This document shows positions 62,900 to 64,000 of a DNA stretch of 64,000 nt, in pieces. This DNA is from Eledone cirrhosa (lineage: Eukaryota), in assembly GCA_964016885.1 (NCBI GenBank), contig OZ024742.1, positions 276,892,001 to 276,956,000 of the forward strand. Direction: 5' to 3'. Position 1 is the first letter of the stretch. Each line of letters opens with the position of its first letter. Made by a program: the position numbers and the translations under genes. Below the pieces are notes generated by a model that did not search any database, had not been told where the DNA came from, and saw nothing but the letters and a program-made list of their open reading frames with translations.

Positions 62900-64000
62900 T
62901 GAATGATGCTGGATGCAGAAATGCTGAAGGTGTCTCACCTGACAGATGTCCCATGGGTGAGCAGCATGGGCCAACTACTGCCCAAATAAGATGATCAAAG
63001 AAGCTGAACGTAGCTGTAATAGAATGCTATTTTTTGAGTAGGCTGGTTGATGATGAGGGAAAGCATGTAAAAGGTTACAGAAAATGAATGCACAACATCA
63101 GGAAGGAGAGACAAGAGTTGAAAGTAACACTATGTGACCAGATGTGGATAATTCGAAAAAAAAAAGTTGGCTAACAGAGGTCGAGTTGGAAGAAATAAGA
63201 AAGAAAGATATATCTGTAGGGGTCAAAACTGAGGATAAAGATCATGAGACTGGTGAAATTGTGATGAATGGGGTGAACGAGAGGGAGCTTGAAAGGGAGT
63301 TGATGATCAGTATCGTAGAGAAGTATGAAAGGAGTGTAAACAATAAGGAAATGATTAATGAGATCATTGAGATCATAAAAGAGAGTGATCTGAACCAACT
63401 ACAGGGACTGAAGAAAGAGAATAGAACATCTCTGAATGAATGGACAAAGGGTGAATGAGGTACTGAAAGATATTAAAAATGAAAATATATCCGATACAAA
63501 TTAACTTATTGGTGTTACGGTTGTGTTTGTTGCAATGAAAATAGGATTTGTAAATCCATCAAATGTGAAAAAAAAGGGAAGGAACCATGGTGGAAGAGAA
63601 GAATTAGAGAATCAACGAATTAAGAAGACATATTAACATCTTGGAATGTAACAAGCGAAAGGAAATAAAGAATAAAAATAAAAATCTTGAAATAGAAAAG
63701 AAGTATAATGTACAAAAGTAAGATATAAATGTCATTATTAAGGAATTGAAACAAAGGATGGAGGCCAAGGCATCCAAGTTGAGAAGATTTGAACAAAGAA
63801 CACAATTCAGAATCAATAGAATGTTCCAGCATGATCAGGATACAGTGTACCAAGACCTCGAGGGTAAAAGTAAGAAAGTGACACTGGATGCAAAAGAAAA
63901 CAGAAGATTTTGGTCAAACAAAAAGGATAATGAGGTACAGGATAATAAGAAAGCTGAATGGCTGAAGGAATTGTGGGAAAATATAACAAATGTGAAGAAA
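62900..64000 (+). mobile_element. R4/Dong-like non-LTR retrotransposon N-terminal region (defective, runs off the window)
   Basis: LNVAVIECYFLS..GYRK.M..LCDQ..WLTEVELEEIR, EPWWKRRI, RFEQRTQFRINRMFQHDQ. Confidence 0.65.

Overview
AT-rich eukaryotic genomic DNA. The SINE/LINE repertoire looks like an octopod cephalopod (inference from repeat families only). One host gene is supported: the 5' end of a WIPI2/Atg18-family autophagy gene on the minus strand, with coding exon 1 at 53601-53671 and exon 2 at 19476-19558, a 34-kb first intron, and no further exon found in the window. Almost everything else is transposon-derived: many RTE LINE copies whose RT carries an inserted PHD finger, a Gypsy LTR element with both LTRs and a TSD, a DD37D (maT) Tc1/mariner element, CRE-, Tx1/L1-, R4/Dong- and Penelope-like fragments, a non-autonomous Helitron, TTAA (piggyBac-type) MITEs, tRNA-derived SINEs, and micro/minisatellites including a near-perfect 129-bp array. 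The most notable unannotated signal is a set of minimal type-I hammerhead ribozyme motifs of the Penelope pLTR kind, one pair sitting in a perfect 393-bp palindrome inside the WIPI2 intron. Other points of interest are a SINE B-box fragment carried in both Gypsy LTRs, a FOXO-site cluster and a promoter inverted repeat around WIPI2 exon 1, and a CpG-retaining intronic island. All calls come from reading the sequence by eye; no searches were run.
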